In this document: positions 40,227 to 56,265 of the stretch, one piece after another
How positions within the stretch are numbered: position 1 is the first letter of the stretch
How the letters are laid out: every line of letters starts with the position of its first letter
From: the human T2T-CHM13v2.0 reference genome, Homo sapiens
Assembly (NCBI RefSeq): GCF_009914755.1
Contig: NC_060946.1
Strand: one strand, 5' to 3'
DNA length: 64,000 bases
The notes under the pieces: generated by a model
The model's database searches: none
Told to the model about the DNA's origin: nothing
Seen by the model: the letters and a program-made list of their open reading frames with translations, nothing else
Position numbers and translations under genes: made by a program

Positions 40227-40899
40227 CTGCCAACACACAGGGCAAGGGTGAGATGGGCAAGGCCTGGACCTACCCCTCGAGTGGATGTCACAGGCCAGAG
40301 ACTTATCTTCAACTGGAAATAGTCCCAGCCCAGCCTATTCTCCCCAAGTGACCATTCAACAGGGCTCAGGGCAGGAGCCTGGGCAGGACCTTAGCACTGG
40401 GCAGGAGGGGCCAGAGGCCTGCAGGCAGAACAGATCTGCTTGGCTAGTTCTGTCCCTGCAGGACCATTGCATCTCCCCCCTGAGACACCCTGGCTGCTCT
40501 TGCCCCAGCCCCTCCCCTCTCTTGCCTCAGTTTCTGTCTCTGGAAAATGGGATAACAAGGCCTGGGATGGCTGGGACTTTGTCTGGCCCCTTGTAGGGCA
40601 GTGGATGGGGGTTCCCTTTGCCCCTTCGATGTTTACTTCCAGTACCAGACTGAGGTGGGCTGAGGAACCAGGAGCCCCACTTGCCTGTCTGATTAAAGTC
40701 CCACTGGTGGCAAAGGGTGCTGTCCCCCTCACATCCTTGCTGTGAGACTTCAGCATGGCAGTGCCAACTCTCTGAGTGCCTCAGCTTCCTTATCTAGAAA
40801 ATGGGGCTGGGGTTTCCTGCCCGCCCAGGGGTGTGGGGAGTACCGGAGTAAATGAACATGACTTTGTCTCGTGACTTAGAAAGCACTACACAAACCTGA

Positions 40900-41306
<407 letters not shown>

Positions 41307-41900
41307 AGGAGGAGTATATTTCAATAGTTGTCAAATTATCTGTTTTCCAGAAATACCAAGGGGTAAAAAAACCCTTCCTTCATTTTTTTCTTTGCATTTG
41401 TGCCTTGCCTCTACAATGGATGGTCAATTTGGCCACAGTCAAGGACGGTGGTCAAGAGCATGGGCCTGAGCCAGCTCTAGGTCTGAATCCTGGTTTTGCT
41501 GCTTCCAGTCTGTGTGACTTTGAACAAGTTGCTTAACCTCTCTGAGCCATAGCATCCTCCCCTGAGAAATGGAAATGATAACGGTACCTGCCTACAGACC
41601 CTGGCCCAGAGGAGCACAGGCAAAGGCCCTGCTCAAAGGCCAGCTGAGCAGAGTTGGCGTGAGTGTGTCCCATTGACATGGGGCCAGTCCTCATTCATCA
41701 CTGGCTCAGGGCAGCAAGAACAGTAAGGACACAACTGAACCCCAAGCTTAGGATTCAGGTGTTTGGCTGTGAGACTCGGGACATGTGTTGTAACTGCCTT
41801 CAGGCTCGGGGGGCAGTGGGGGTTAGGAGCACACAGAGTCTGACTCACGGGGCCCTTGACCTTGGCCAAGCCTCTAACACCATCACAGGGCCAGACCTAC

Positions 41901-42110
41901 CTCGAGGCTGGGGGGTATGAGACATATGAGCCCCAGGAAGAAGTTCTCAGTGGAGATTTGGAAGCTGAAGTTGAAGACGTTCAGCTCATGCAGGTTGGGG
42001 GAGGTGCTCTGGGGGCAGATGTCCACTGTCCCATGGAAGGGCGACACCGTGATGGTGGAGGGGCAGTCTGCAAAGGGCAAGTTGTTGCTCAGAGCCCCAT
42101 CGATGTAGCG
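41901..42110 (-). CDS. PNPLA5: PNPLA5 exon 4 (210 nt)
   Basis: cag|CGC...GAG|GTAGGT; RYIDGALSNNLP...DICPQ with catalytic Asp168 in DGA. Confidence 0.96.
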
Positions 42111-42370
42111 CTGCAATTTATGGGGAGCAGGTGGGTGGTGCTGCCCTCTCAGAGGGCCTCCCACACTGGCTGCAGCCGGTGACCCTCCAGCTGTCCCTGA
42201 GTCACCAGGGCCACTCCAGCCCAGGAGGCTGAACGCCCCCCAGGAGCAGGGGGAGGGCCTGGCACACAGTAGGTGCTCAAGGAGCGCTGGTTTCCTCCAC
42301 CCAAGCACCTCTCCACGGTGTGCACCCCAGGCTGCCCAGAGCACAGAACGGGGTTCCAAAGTGCACTCAC

Positions 42371-42436
42371 CTCCCCTCTGAACTCGGGGGGGATCAGCCC
42401 GCAGTAGAAAGGAAAGTATAAGGTGCAGACCAAGGC
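42371..42436 (-). CDS. PNPLA5: PNPLA5 exon 3 (66 nt)
   Basis: tag|GCC...GAG|GTGAGT; ALVCTLYFPFYCGLIPPEFRGE, homologous to PNPLA2/3 exon 3. Confidence 0.96.
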
Positions 42437-42944
42437 CTAGGAAGAGAAGAGTCAGCGGGAACACAACTGTGCATGCTTCTTGCATTCAGAACCTTCCTAG
42501 GCACGGTTTCTAATCCCAACAGCCTGCAAAGGAGGTGTCATCAGTCCCACGTCCAGATGAGGGAGCTGAGGCATCACCTCCCAGCCAAGCTCTCCAAGGG
42601 AAGCAGGGATTGGAGCACCTCTGTCTTGACACCCACCTCCTCTTTCTGTGGGTGTGCAGGGAAGGAGGCCAGGTGCAGGCTCCTGAGGAAGCCAGCCGGG
42701 GACCCCAAAGAGTGGCCCAGACTCCTTGCCTGTGTAGCAGTTGGGATGGGGCCTGGCACATAGTAGGTGCTCAGTACACATTAGCTTCCGTGACTGTTAT
42801 CAGTCTGTGGGAACAAAACTGTCACCTGCATCTCCATCTGGTCAGGGCCAGGATGGGTTCTGCACCTCCCAGAGAGAGTTGGGACGTTTCCAAGGGTTCC
42901 ATGAGACAAAGTCCTATATTCAAAAGTTTGCAAGCTCTGGGTTG

Positions 42945-43030
42945 GTGGTTCTCAACTAGGAGTGATTTTCTCCCCTACAGGACACCTAACAATGTCAGAG
43001 ACATTTTCGGTTGTCACACTGTGTGCCTGC
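42945..43030. mobile_element. MER20 fragment
   Basis: gtggttctcaact...gattttctcccc...aatgtcagagacattttcggttgtcaca. Confidence 0.7.
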
Positions 43031-43633
43031 ACTTGAGCGTGCGCGTACACACTATTGGCAAATAATAGTGTCAGGGTGTATGTGAAGCATCTTTTTTAGA
43101 CATCCTATTTCATTTCAATACTGGATGGTTCCTTACCTCCTTACTTGGAGATGAGTTCATTATCGATACCGCCTGCCCCCCAGAACCACTGAGCATAGAA
43201 GCCCCAGGAAGGCAAGGGTTTCCGTCTGTTTTGCTCCCTGTTACAGTCACAGTGCCTAGAATAGTGACTGGCACATAATAGGTGTTCAATAAATGTCAAC
43301 CCACCGCCAAAAAGCGGCGGGAGGATGGAGTGGGGTGGAGGCTGGGGCTAGCCAGCTGCCCTCTGGAAAGAGCAGTCCCTGTGGGGGCCCTGACTCAGCA
43401 GCCTGACTCTGCCGGGCCCCAGCCAGACCCTTCTGTGTGCAGCAACCTGGAAAGTCTCCAGACCCACCCTGCCGACCCTCTCTGGGCCTCAGTTTCCTCA
43501 CCTACAAACAGGTCCACCCGCCCTCCCTCCTTCCGCCCCTGCAGAAACGTCTGACGGGGAAGTACCTGGATGTCACTCTGGACTAGATGGAGCCCGCCCA
43601 CCAGCCAAGCCCTGGGCACCCCCCGCCCCACAC

Positions 43634-43866
43634 CTGGATGAGCTCATCGCAGGTGGCGAAGTCAGTGACCAAGAAGTTGCGTCCGTCAGGCCAGCGGGTC
43701 AGCGAAATGCCCAGCCGCTGGGAGGCCAGGACGTGGGCGTCGGGGGGCAGAGCGTCCTGCAGCTGCTGCTTGACGTGCTCGATGGGCGCGTAGGCCGGGT
43801 GCAGGATGCTTAGGCTCAGCCGCTCCAACTGCCCAACCATGCCCAGGAGGTGGGAGCAGCAGAAGT
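43634..43866 (-). CDS. PNPLA5: PNPLA5 exon 2 (233 nt)
   Basis: cag|ACTTC...CAG|GTGTGG; encodes DFCCSHLLGMVGQLERLS...ISLTRWPDGRNFLVTDFATCDELIQ (patatin fold). Confidence 0.96.
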
Positions 43867-44259
43867 CTGCAGTGGGGGCAGGGAAAGGGAGACCTCAGCG
43901 CCCAGGGATCCTGCCAGTCCCTCCACACCCCCACTGCCCTCCTAGGTGCAGTGGGAGCGGGGTCCTCCCCACTCCAGCTCAGAATTTCTGGGCTCGGCCC
44001 CGGATTCAAATGATCCGTTCACCTTTTCACTTTTTGCCCCGCCGACCTGGGAAACAGAGTTTCTGGCTCTGAGCCACGATCCCTCCTCTGCAAATGGGGG
44101 TCACCTAGTCCCCAGCACTCGGTGTTCTCATGGGATTAAATGAGGCTGTGCCGGGGGTAGAGGGCGCAGAGCACAGCGCCAGGCACCAGCGTCTCTGGGC
44201 TCGATCCGCTTTCATTAAGCTGTCCCCGCCCCTTTTCGCCCCCGCGGTCCGGGACTCAC

Positions 44260-44452
44260 CGACCGACTTGCCGCAGACGATGCTGACTGCGTTGAGCGCC
44301 CCAGACGAGGAACCGTAGATGCGGCGGGCGCCCTGGAGGAGGCGCGGGGCTCGCTGGCGCAGGCATTCGGTGGCGCCCACGTGGTGGGCGCCCAGGTAGC
44401 CGGCGCCGGAGAAGGACAGGTTCCATCTGCCCTCCTCCTCTAAGAAGCCCAT
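44260..44452 (-). CDS. PNPLA5: Patatin-like phospholipase domain-containing 5, coding exon 1 (193 nt)
   Basis: MGFLEEEGRWNLSFSGAGYLG...IYGSSSGALNAV: GXGXXG loop and GXSXG nucleophile (Ser49); donor G|GTGAGT. Confidence 0.97.
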
Positions 44453-45399
44453 GGCGGGTGGACCGGGCGGGGTGATCGGGACGAGGAAGGGTCACTCCGT
44501 GACCCGGGATAGGGCCGGGATGCAGCCTTGGACGGGGCTGGGCCCAAATGTGGGCTCTGGAGGGAGCCGGGCTGGGGCTGGTGCTGGTGCTCCCTGCGCC
44601 GCCCCCGGGCTGCGTCACCTGCGCCCCAGCCAATGAAGTCCCCGGGTCGCGATCAGCCCCCACTCCAGTTGTGCGCCAGGTGTGCCCCAGAAGTGCCCGC
44701 GCGCTGTGTATACGCTGGCGCCGCCCCCACGCGCCCGCCCCGGATCCGCATCGGGTCATAGATTTCTGGGTGACACGGCAGGGGAGTGGGACCAAATCTT
44801 GCCTGATCTCTGGTAGTCTGGGCAGATGTTATTCCAGTCCTCATTACGCAAATGAGGCAACTGAGGCGCAGCCCAGGATGGTGACAGCCAGGAAGTGGCA
44901 GAGTCGGACCCAGGACACCTGGTCTTTGGGGTCAAACCAGGCTTAAGTCCGCAGCTGTGCTGGTTCCAGGGAGGGACTTGAGGGAAAGAGAGGTCTCGGG
45001 GCCAGCCTCCGCTCCAGCCAGCACCACTGCACCTTCCCCTGGCTCACCCGCTCTCCAAGCCTCACCTACCACTACAGCCTGCTCAAACATCCCACCTCCT
45101 CCCTCCTCCCCTAATCAATCCATTGGAAAGTGCTTTATAAACTGCAAAGCTCCAAGAACTTGGGTTTGTAGTGATTAGGGCTGTCTGGGCTCCAATTCTG
45201 GCTCCAGAATGTCTTGGCTGGTGACCCTGGATAATTTAACTGATCTGTGCCTCAGTTTTCTCATCCATCAAGTGGGGATAATAACATTACTTACTCCATA
45301 GGACCGGTAAGGATTAGAGTTAATGCAAGTAACGTGTTTGGAATAGCGCCCGGCACTGGATAAGCACACAAACAATGGTTACTACGGTGATTGTTTTAA

Positions 45400-45739
<340 letters not shown>

Positions 45740-47490
45740 CTGTGTTACTGCTTTAATCACATGGCACATATCAGTGCCTTCTCATGTGAGCTCCTTGAGG
45801 GCCAGGTCCTCCATCTGTGCCTGGAAGAAGTGTGGCACAGTGTTTGTGGACTGAATGCTCAGCCCATGGCCTGGGTGGGTCATTTTCGGAGGAAGAGGTG
45901 GGAGGATCTGCTTCTCTTAGCCTCACACCTACCTCTTCCTTGACCTGGGAGTGAAGGGCAGCTTGCCCATGGGCACTGGGTGCAGAAGGCACCCTGGGAC
46001 AGGCCAGCCCAGCCTCCCCTCCCACAGAGGTGGGTGGTACCGGGCTTTGCTGATCCCACACCAGGGGCGGCATCCTTGCCTCAAAGACCATGGGCCTGCA
46101 CAGACTCACCCACCTGGTGGCAGGTACCCCAGGCTATCTCCATTGCGGGAAGGACCCAGCCCCAGCTGCAGGGGGTAATTAGAAGCCATGTGCTGACTCT
46201 GCTCCAGGAGGGAACCAGGTCACAGCAGGCACAGCCAGGAACATTTCACCCACAGTTGTGACTGTGCCGGAGGCAGACTGAGCCTCCCTGGAACAGTGGA
46301 CCACCAGTGTGAGTTCAGGAAGGGAGGAGTTCAGGGGCTGGGAGTTCAGCGGGGACATGTTCCGGAGGTTTCGGAGAAAAAGCAAGGTTTGAGCAGGACC
46401 TTGGAGGTCGATCAAGGGTTCACCACGGGGAGAAAGGGAGATGGGCACAGAGGGAAGAGTTTGAGCAAAGGCACCAGGCAGGGAGGAGTAGGGAGGAGTG
46501 AGAAGCCAGCCAGCAGGAGAGAGCAGTCATGGCGGTGAGGGCAGGTGGTGCGGGGCTGTGGGAGGAAGCGTAAGGCCTGGAGCCAGGCTGAGTTTCTGCG
46601 TGCTTGATGCTTCAGGAATTGGGTCTTGCATTTTGGTGTGGGCTGTCTGAGGCCCCCCAGAGACAGCAGGCAGCACAGAGCTCAGGGTGGGTGACTGGTC
46701 AACATCAAGTGGGAAAACAGTCTGGCTGGTGGCATCACCAGAATGATGGGGCTGGTGGCAAGTCTAGCAGAAAGTGTCCAGAAGCACGGCCTTCCCCAGC
46801 AGCACCATCTTCTCAGGGAGCTGCCCTGGAACCAGCAGCTGAACCAAGGCAGGCTCACTTCTGGGGTGGCTTGGGAGGTTGCAGGAAGGGCAGGAGCCTG
46901 CAAGGGAAGATGTCGGGAGTTCAGGCTTGCTGGCTGTGTGACCCTCAGCAAGTCTCCTACCCTCTCTGTGTCTGCCTGACCTGGCCATCCACAGGACAGT
47001 TGTGGGCGAGCTGGTGTCAAGGAAGATGCACCTGGTCCACCCGGTCCTTTGCCATATTGTCCAGGCCTCTGGGCTTCCCATTCTTGGAAATAATGCTAAT
47101 TCTGTTATACCTCCCTAAATCCAAAGCAAGCATAACCAAACGTACTGGGCCACCCTGAGGCCAGTCTTGCATGGAAGTGTCTCCAAAAGGAAGTGGGGTT
47201 TGCTTCCACAGAGCACTGGAGGCCCCTTGCAGGTTCTTCAAGGCAATAGGGGGCAACAGGTGGGTCCATCCTAGGGCCCTGCACTTACATTCTTAGTCTC
47301 CCAAACTCCCTGCTACAGGAAGAGGTGACTGGGAGGGGCTTGGGGGCTTCTTGGATGCTGGAAATGCTTCGTAGGTCGCTCTGATTACGTGGTTGTTTAC
47401 CCGCAAAAAACTTCCCCATGTGAATGTGATTGCATTCACAATCCACGTACTTGACCATGTGAATGTCATAAAGCTTAAAAAATAAGCCTT

Positions 47491-48180
47491 GGGCTGGGCA
47501 GGGTGGCTCACATCTATTCTCCCCGCCCTTTGGGAGGCCGAGGCGGGTGGATCACCTGAGGTCGGGAGTTCAAGACCAGCCAGCCAACATGGCGAAACCC
47601 CGTCTCTACTAAAAATACAAAAATTGGCCAGGTGTGGTGGTGTGCGCCTGTAATCCCAGCTACTCGGGAGGCTGAGGCAGGCAAATCACTTGAGCCAGGA
47701 AGCAGAGTTTGTAGTGAGCTGAGATCTCACCACTGCACTCTAGCCTGGGTGACAGAGTGAGACTCTGTCCCCCCAACAAAAAAAAAAGAAAAAGAAAAAT
47801 TCAACGAATCCCTCACAAACTCTTATGAAAAATAGAGGAAGAAGGAACATTTCCCAACATATCCTATGAGGCCAGTATTACCCAGATACCAAACCAGACA
47901 AAGACATTAGAAAAAAATAAGGTTAAAAACCAATATTTCTTATGACTATAGGGAAAATTCTCAAGAATAGGAGTTCCAGACGAGCCTGGGCGATAAAGCG
48001 AGACCCCATCTCTACAAAAATAAAAATTAGCCAGGCTCACAGCTGTGGTCCCAGCTACTTGAAAGGCTGAGGCGGGAGGGTTGCCTGGTCCCAGGAGTTG
48101 GAGGCTGCAGTGAGCCGTGGTTGCAGTACTGCACTCCCACCTGGGCAACAAAGCGAGACCCCATCTTGGAAAAATAAAAA
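47491..48180 (+). mobile_element. AluS (47491-47798), short L1 ORF2 piece, partial AluJ (47969-48180)
   Basis: Alu motifs; ctatgaggccagtattacccagataccaaaccagacaaagacatt is L1. Confidence 0.85.
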
Positions 48181-49375
48181 GCCCCTCCCCACCAGCCACA
48201 TGATTCTAGCTTGTCCCCTCCAAGCCCCCTCCCCTGCCTCCTGGACTCCACCTTTTCTTTTCCATGAGTCCCTCTGCCCCGGCATTTTCTCCCCAGGTAG
48301 AGCACCTGCCTCAGTCCCCCCGTTACTCCACTCAGTAGAACAGTGGTCCGAGCACGTCATGTTTGGGGCCTGGCCACATTCACCGATTGCTTACAGGCCT
48401 CTGGGTGTCACACACCTCAGTTTCCCCTCTGCAAGTGGAGATGTGGCAGGACGGCCCTCATAGGGTTACCTTTGGGGTTGCAAAGGATGACTGATGTCTG
48501 TAAAACACTGAGCAGGGTCCCTGGTACGTGCTAGTTATCACTTACTCTTTTTAAATTCCTGTCACAATGTGGAGCCTGCCTAAAGTCTGGGGAATTTTAG
48601 GTAAGTGGATTCAATCCCAGCCCCAGAAAAGCTCCCTCCTCCAATCTGGGAAACAGGTGCTAATAACTGGTTTGACTAGTGTGCAAAATCAGCCAGGGGC
48701 CTCAGCACTTGCTGCTCTGCCCCAGCGGACAATGGGCACCCACGCGTTTGCACTGCAACCCTGAGAGTGAGGGGAGGGTGTGGAGGATTGAAATGGCTCC
48801 TGTTGGGGGAGGGACATGGGGCAGCACTGGCTTCTGGCTGGGGCCCAGGGCGCTACCCAACTTCCACTAACCCGGGGTTTTCTGAGGGCAGGTCTGGGAA
48901 GGTGGGTGCTTGGTGTTACCAAGTGGGGAAGGGTGACCAGGCATCCATTATTTGGTGATAGGGACTGAGGGCTGATGTGTGCATGGTGACCTCCAGGAGG
49001 CACTAGGGGCCACGTGCACCGTGGCTTGTTTCCCGGACAGCAGAGGCACAAGCATGAGGGGTGACAGTCAGGTGGGGAAGGGCCGCTCCTGAGACCAGCC
49101 TGGGCAATGGAGTGAGACCCTGCCTCTCACCAGCCACACGGCTCTAGTTCGTCCTCTCCAAGCCTTTCCTCTGCCTCCTGGACTCCTGGACTCCACCTTT
49201 TCTTTTTTGAGAGTCCTTCTACGCCGCACCCCCCGCCCCGACCGCCCCCGTTTTCTTCCCAGGTACAGCACCTGCCTGGGAGCTTTTTATTTTGATATCA
49301 TCTCCCATTTTCAGAAAAGTTGTGAGAAAAGTACAGTGTTCATGGCTACCCTTTGCCAAGATTTCCTGATATTAG

Positions 49376-49874
<499 letters not shown>

Positions 49875-50484
49875 CTGATATTAACATTTTTAAATAGGTT
49901 TGTTTAATACCAAAAAAAAATTTTTTTTAAGTGGGTTCCAGCAGAGATGGGCAAGGCAGGAGCTGTGGAGTGGTTGGTACTGCAGGGGCCGGGTGGTAAG
50001 AGCAGTGCTGGGGGCGGGCACAGAACAGCCACAGGCGTGGGTGAGCACCAAAGGCCCTGGATGCTGGAGCTGGGCACTGCTGTCAACTTCGTAAGATAAG
50101 AACAAGGAGTGAAATGTGGGGTCAGGTGTCCCCAGATCAGCCACCAGCTAACAGGAGGGGAAACTGAAGTGCAGAGGGAAACTGCTTAGTCAAGGTAACG
50201 TGGAGACTCCCAGTTCCTCCTCCTCCTCTCACTGCCTCCATCCCCAGGATTGGGAAGACCTCATCTCCCCTGTGCCCTGTCCGCCTTTTTCCCTGATGCC
50301 CTAGGGCATAGGGCCAGGCAGCTGGGCCAGCCCTGGAGCAAGCTACAGACTAGACGAGGGATCAGACATTGTAGAGAGGCAGCAAAGTCCCAGGGCCTGA
50401 CACAGCTCACCTTGACGGGTTGGTATTGATCCCGCCCTGCACCCTCGCAGGAGCTGACGCCACAGAAGCTTGCACAGCACTTGC

Positions 50485-50604
50485 TCTGAGTCATGGCTCC
50501 CACTCCACTCACTCCAGGACCTGGTCTGAGTCACGGCTCCCACCCCACTCACTCCAGGACCTGGTCTGAGTCACGGCTCCCACCCCACTCACTCCAGGAC
50601 CTGG
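50485..50604. repeat. 40-bp x 3 tandem repeat, each copy with TGAGTCA (AP-1)
   Basis: tctgagtca(c/t)ggctcccac(c/t)ccactcactccaggacctgg three times. Confidence 0.97.
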
Positions 50605-51480
50605 GCGCCCAAACCCCTTTCCCCACATTCAAGTCCAAATGTCTCCTGACCCCTTTGAATTTCTGCCAGTCTCCTCCTCTGACCAGTCCAGGACTGCAGG
50701 CAGCCGGTTCCAGGATGCTGCCAAGTCTGACAACCGTTCTTCCAGCCCATGGTGCCCTAGATACCAGGGCACTAGCTAGCCAGGCCACAAAGCCAGGAGC
50801 AGCCACGGCCTTAGGTCAGAGGCCCTCCTTGTGATCGGGATGGAGGGCAGCTTCCCACGGCCCTGGGCAGCTGTTGACAGCCCAGTGATGGGTGTGGAGC
50901 TGGGAGCTGGCCTTTTGGGGAACTGAGGACTTACCTGGCCTGGGAGAGCTGCTCAGGGCTGTTCTGGTTTCTGGGAATACAGCTGAGACCCAGACTGACC
51001 ACGAGTCTCACGGGGTGTCCATCCTGTGAAACCGACCAAAATGAAATGAAAGGAAGAGAATGAAATAAAAGTCAGCAAGAGATGGGTCAGCTAGTGAGAA
51101 AGGCTGTAGCAGAGGCGTCATGGAGAGGGAGCTACTCCATATTTCGTGGTCAGGAAGGCTTCTTGGAGATGATGGGTTTGAAGCTGACACCTAAATGACA
51201 AATAGGATATCTGGGGCTAGGGCCTCTGCCAGGCAGCAGAAGCAGCATAAGCAAAGATGTTAGAGCAGATTGGCTGTTCAAGGAAGCAGGACCCTGTGTG
51301 GGGAGTGATAAGGAGGAGGGGGCCAGGCTGGAGAGATGATGGCTGATGCAGATTGAGTGTGTAATGTCCCAGGCACCCCTGGAAGCATTTTACCCGGGTT
51401 AATTTCTTCAATCCTTTCAGCAAACCACTGCCGTCAGCCCTGATTTACAGATTGGGAAATAGAGGCACAGTGAAATGTGA

Positions 51481-51797
<317 letters not shown>

Positions 51798-52194
51798 TGG
51801 AGGTGAAGTAACTTTCTAATCATTAGCTGATTACCTCATGACAACTCAGGAGGTGAGGTGCTTGGATTATCTGCATTTCGCACTGAGGCCCAGGGAGATG
51901 AAGCAACTTGCCCAGGTTAACCCAGCTGGGAACTGGCAGGCAGAGTGGCTCCAGTCTGTGCCCCAGGCTGCCACCTGTCTTTTCAGGAGGCCCTGTTGTG
52001 CCAGAAAGCATTGCACAAGGGCTCTGGGTGGGCTGTCTCCTTCCCCTGGCCCCGGAAGCCCTCTCCTTGCCTGTCTTGGGTGGCTGTGTTGCCAGGCAGT
52101 CAGCATGGGCTTTGCAGACTGACAGACGTGTTTCTAATCTCAGCTCTGCCACTGACCAGGTCAGAGACCTTGAACAAGTCACTTGACCCTGCTG

Positions 52195-52749
<555 letters not shown>

Positions 52750-53479
52750 GCACTTCAGTCTTCCCATCTGTGAAATGGAGGTGTTCAGGGCCACCTCTCC
52801 CTGAGCAATTGTGAGGATGAGACGAGGGATGTGCCAAAGGTGCTGGGCACAGCAGTGGCCGTCACGTCCCAGGACATGGGGATGGTGACTGTCTCCCACA
52901 GCAGGTTGCTCTACCTCCAGCTGCCAATCATGACAATAACCAAGCCTCCAGCTCCTGGTGCCTTCTGAGGACTCAGCTCCAGAGAGCACTTAACCCTCGA
53001 CACCCCTGCTGAGTGGCAGGCATATCACCCCCGCTTAACAGGGAGCTGAGACTCAGAAAGTTTGTGTAAATAACCCAGGGCCCAGCAGCCAGGAAATGTC
53101 AGTGCCAGGATCAGAACGGGGGGGTCAGAAACCCTCCAGTCACACTTGCCCTGTGGTTCCAGAATCGTGCTTTCCTTTCTGTGCGCACCCCACACTCCCC
53201 TGCACAGGGAACTGGAAGCCACTAGGCCCCTCACAGAACCTGAGCTCAGATAGGAGCACCCCATGAAGCCTGGGCTCCATCCTCCTGGAGGGGGAAAATA
53301 AAGCTTCCTGGCTTGGAAGACAAGGAGGAGGGGATGGGGACTGAGCCCCCAGCAGAGCCCTCTCAGGGCCGAGAGCCAGCCAGCAACACAGTCAGGGAGA
53401 AAGTTGCCCAGGAGCTTTGTCTCCAGCACTCTCTGGGTACCCATCATGGGTAGGGGTGGGCCTGGGAGGCTCCAGGTAA

Positions 53480-54364
<885 letters not shown>

Positions 54365-55004
54365 TAAGAAAAAACTCATCTGAGAGTATCCACTTGTTCT
54401 CACACAAGGACCACTGCGCTCAGGTCACACAAATGCAGCGTGGATCCCAGCCTGGCTTCTGATTCCCCATGACCTTCAGGAGCCGACCCTTGCTCCCTGG
54501 TCCTGGGCATCTGTGGAGCCCCAGCTCCGAGCCAAGCCACCGGGGTCTCTTGCCCCACTTTCCTCTCTGGGTGACAGGCACCCTACCCCACCTCAGGACT
54601 ATTTCTAGAGGCTAGAAATTCCCCTAGCAGGCTCAAGTTCCTGCTGCTCTTTATTTGGGAGCAGCTGCTTGTTTCTTGCTCTGTGGGATAACCTGAAATC
54701 TGACATCTGCCCCTGCCCATTGGCTCAGCCTAAATGCTCATTTCCGGGTGCTGCCTTTTCTGCCAGAAAGAGGGCCAGCCATTTCCACTCTGCCTGCGCC
54801 TCAGAAAGCCTGGGCAGCAGTCCAGGGCTCCCCAGTGGATTGCACCCAGCTTGCTGCCGGTGCGGCAGGGGTCCTTAAGATGCATCCTTAAGGCTGGTCT
54901 GGTCTCTAGCTGCCCTGTGTCCCTCTTCATGGTTTCTTTAAGAGGCATCTGTTTTGCTCATCACAAATGACTCCAGGTCACTTTAAATGCATGTGAGGCT
55001 TTTC

Positions 55005-56048
<1,044 letters not shown>

Positions 56049-56265
56049 CTGAAGCAGCTTTTATGGAGAGGCACAGTGAAAGGAAAGATTGGCTGAGAGA
56101 TCATGGTGGCCAGCCGGGGGCAGAGGCAGTGGGGAGAGACAGGGCTGATTTGCGAGGGACGTGGTGGGGACTGGAAGGGCTGGGGTGGGAGCTGGGTGTG
56201 GATACCAGGTCAGGAGGAGTTGTTTTCGCAGGCCGGACTCCTTCTGTTCATTAAAAGTATTTCTA

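Larger units (their letters stand above)
43600..44800. promoter_or_regulatory. PNPLA5: CpG island / PNPLA5 promoter
   Basis: CpG-rich across exons 1-2; GC box 44465-44472; AGCCAATGA CCAAT box 44628-44636. Confidence 0.8.

Noticed and set aside
41883-42485. 200-aa ORF suggesting in-frame retention of PNPLA5 intron 3
   Set aside because: The intron is 260 nt, and the exon-3 frame hits a stop at 42149; the open frame is only the exon-4 frame extended upstream
50485-50604. CRISPR-like appearance of the repeats here and at 15070-15203
   Set aside because: Head-to-tail repeats with no unique spacers and no cas genes; eukaryotic DNA
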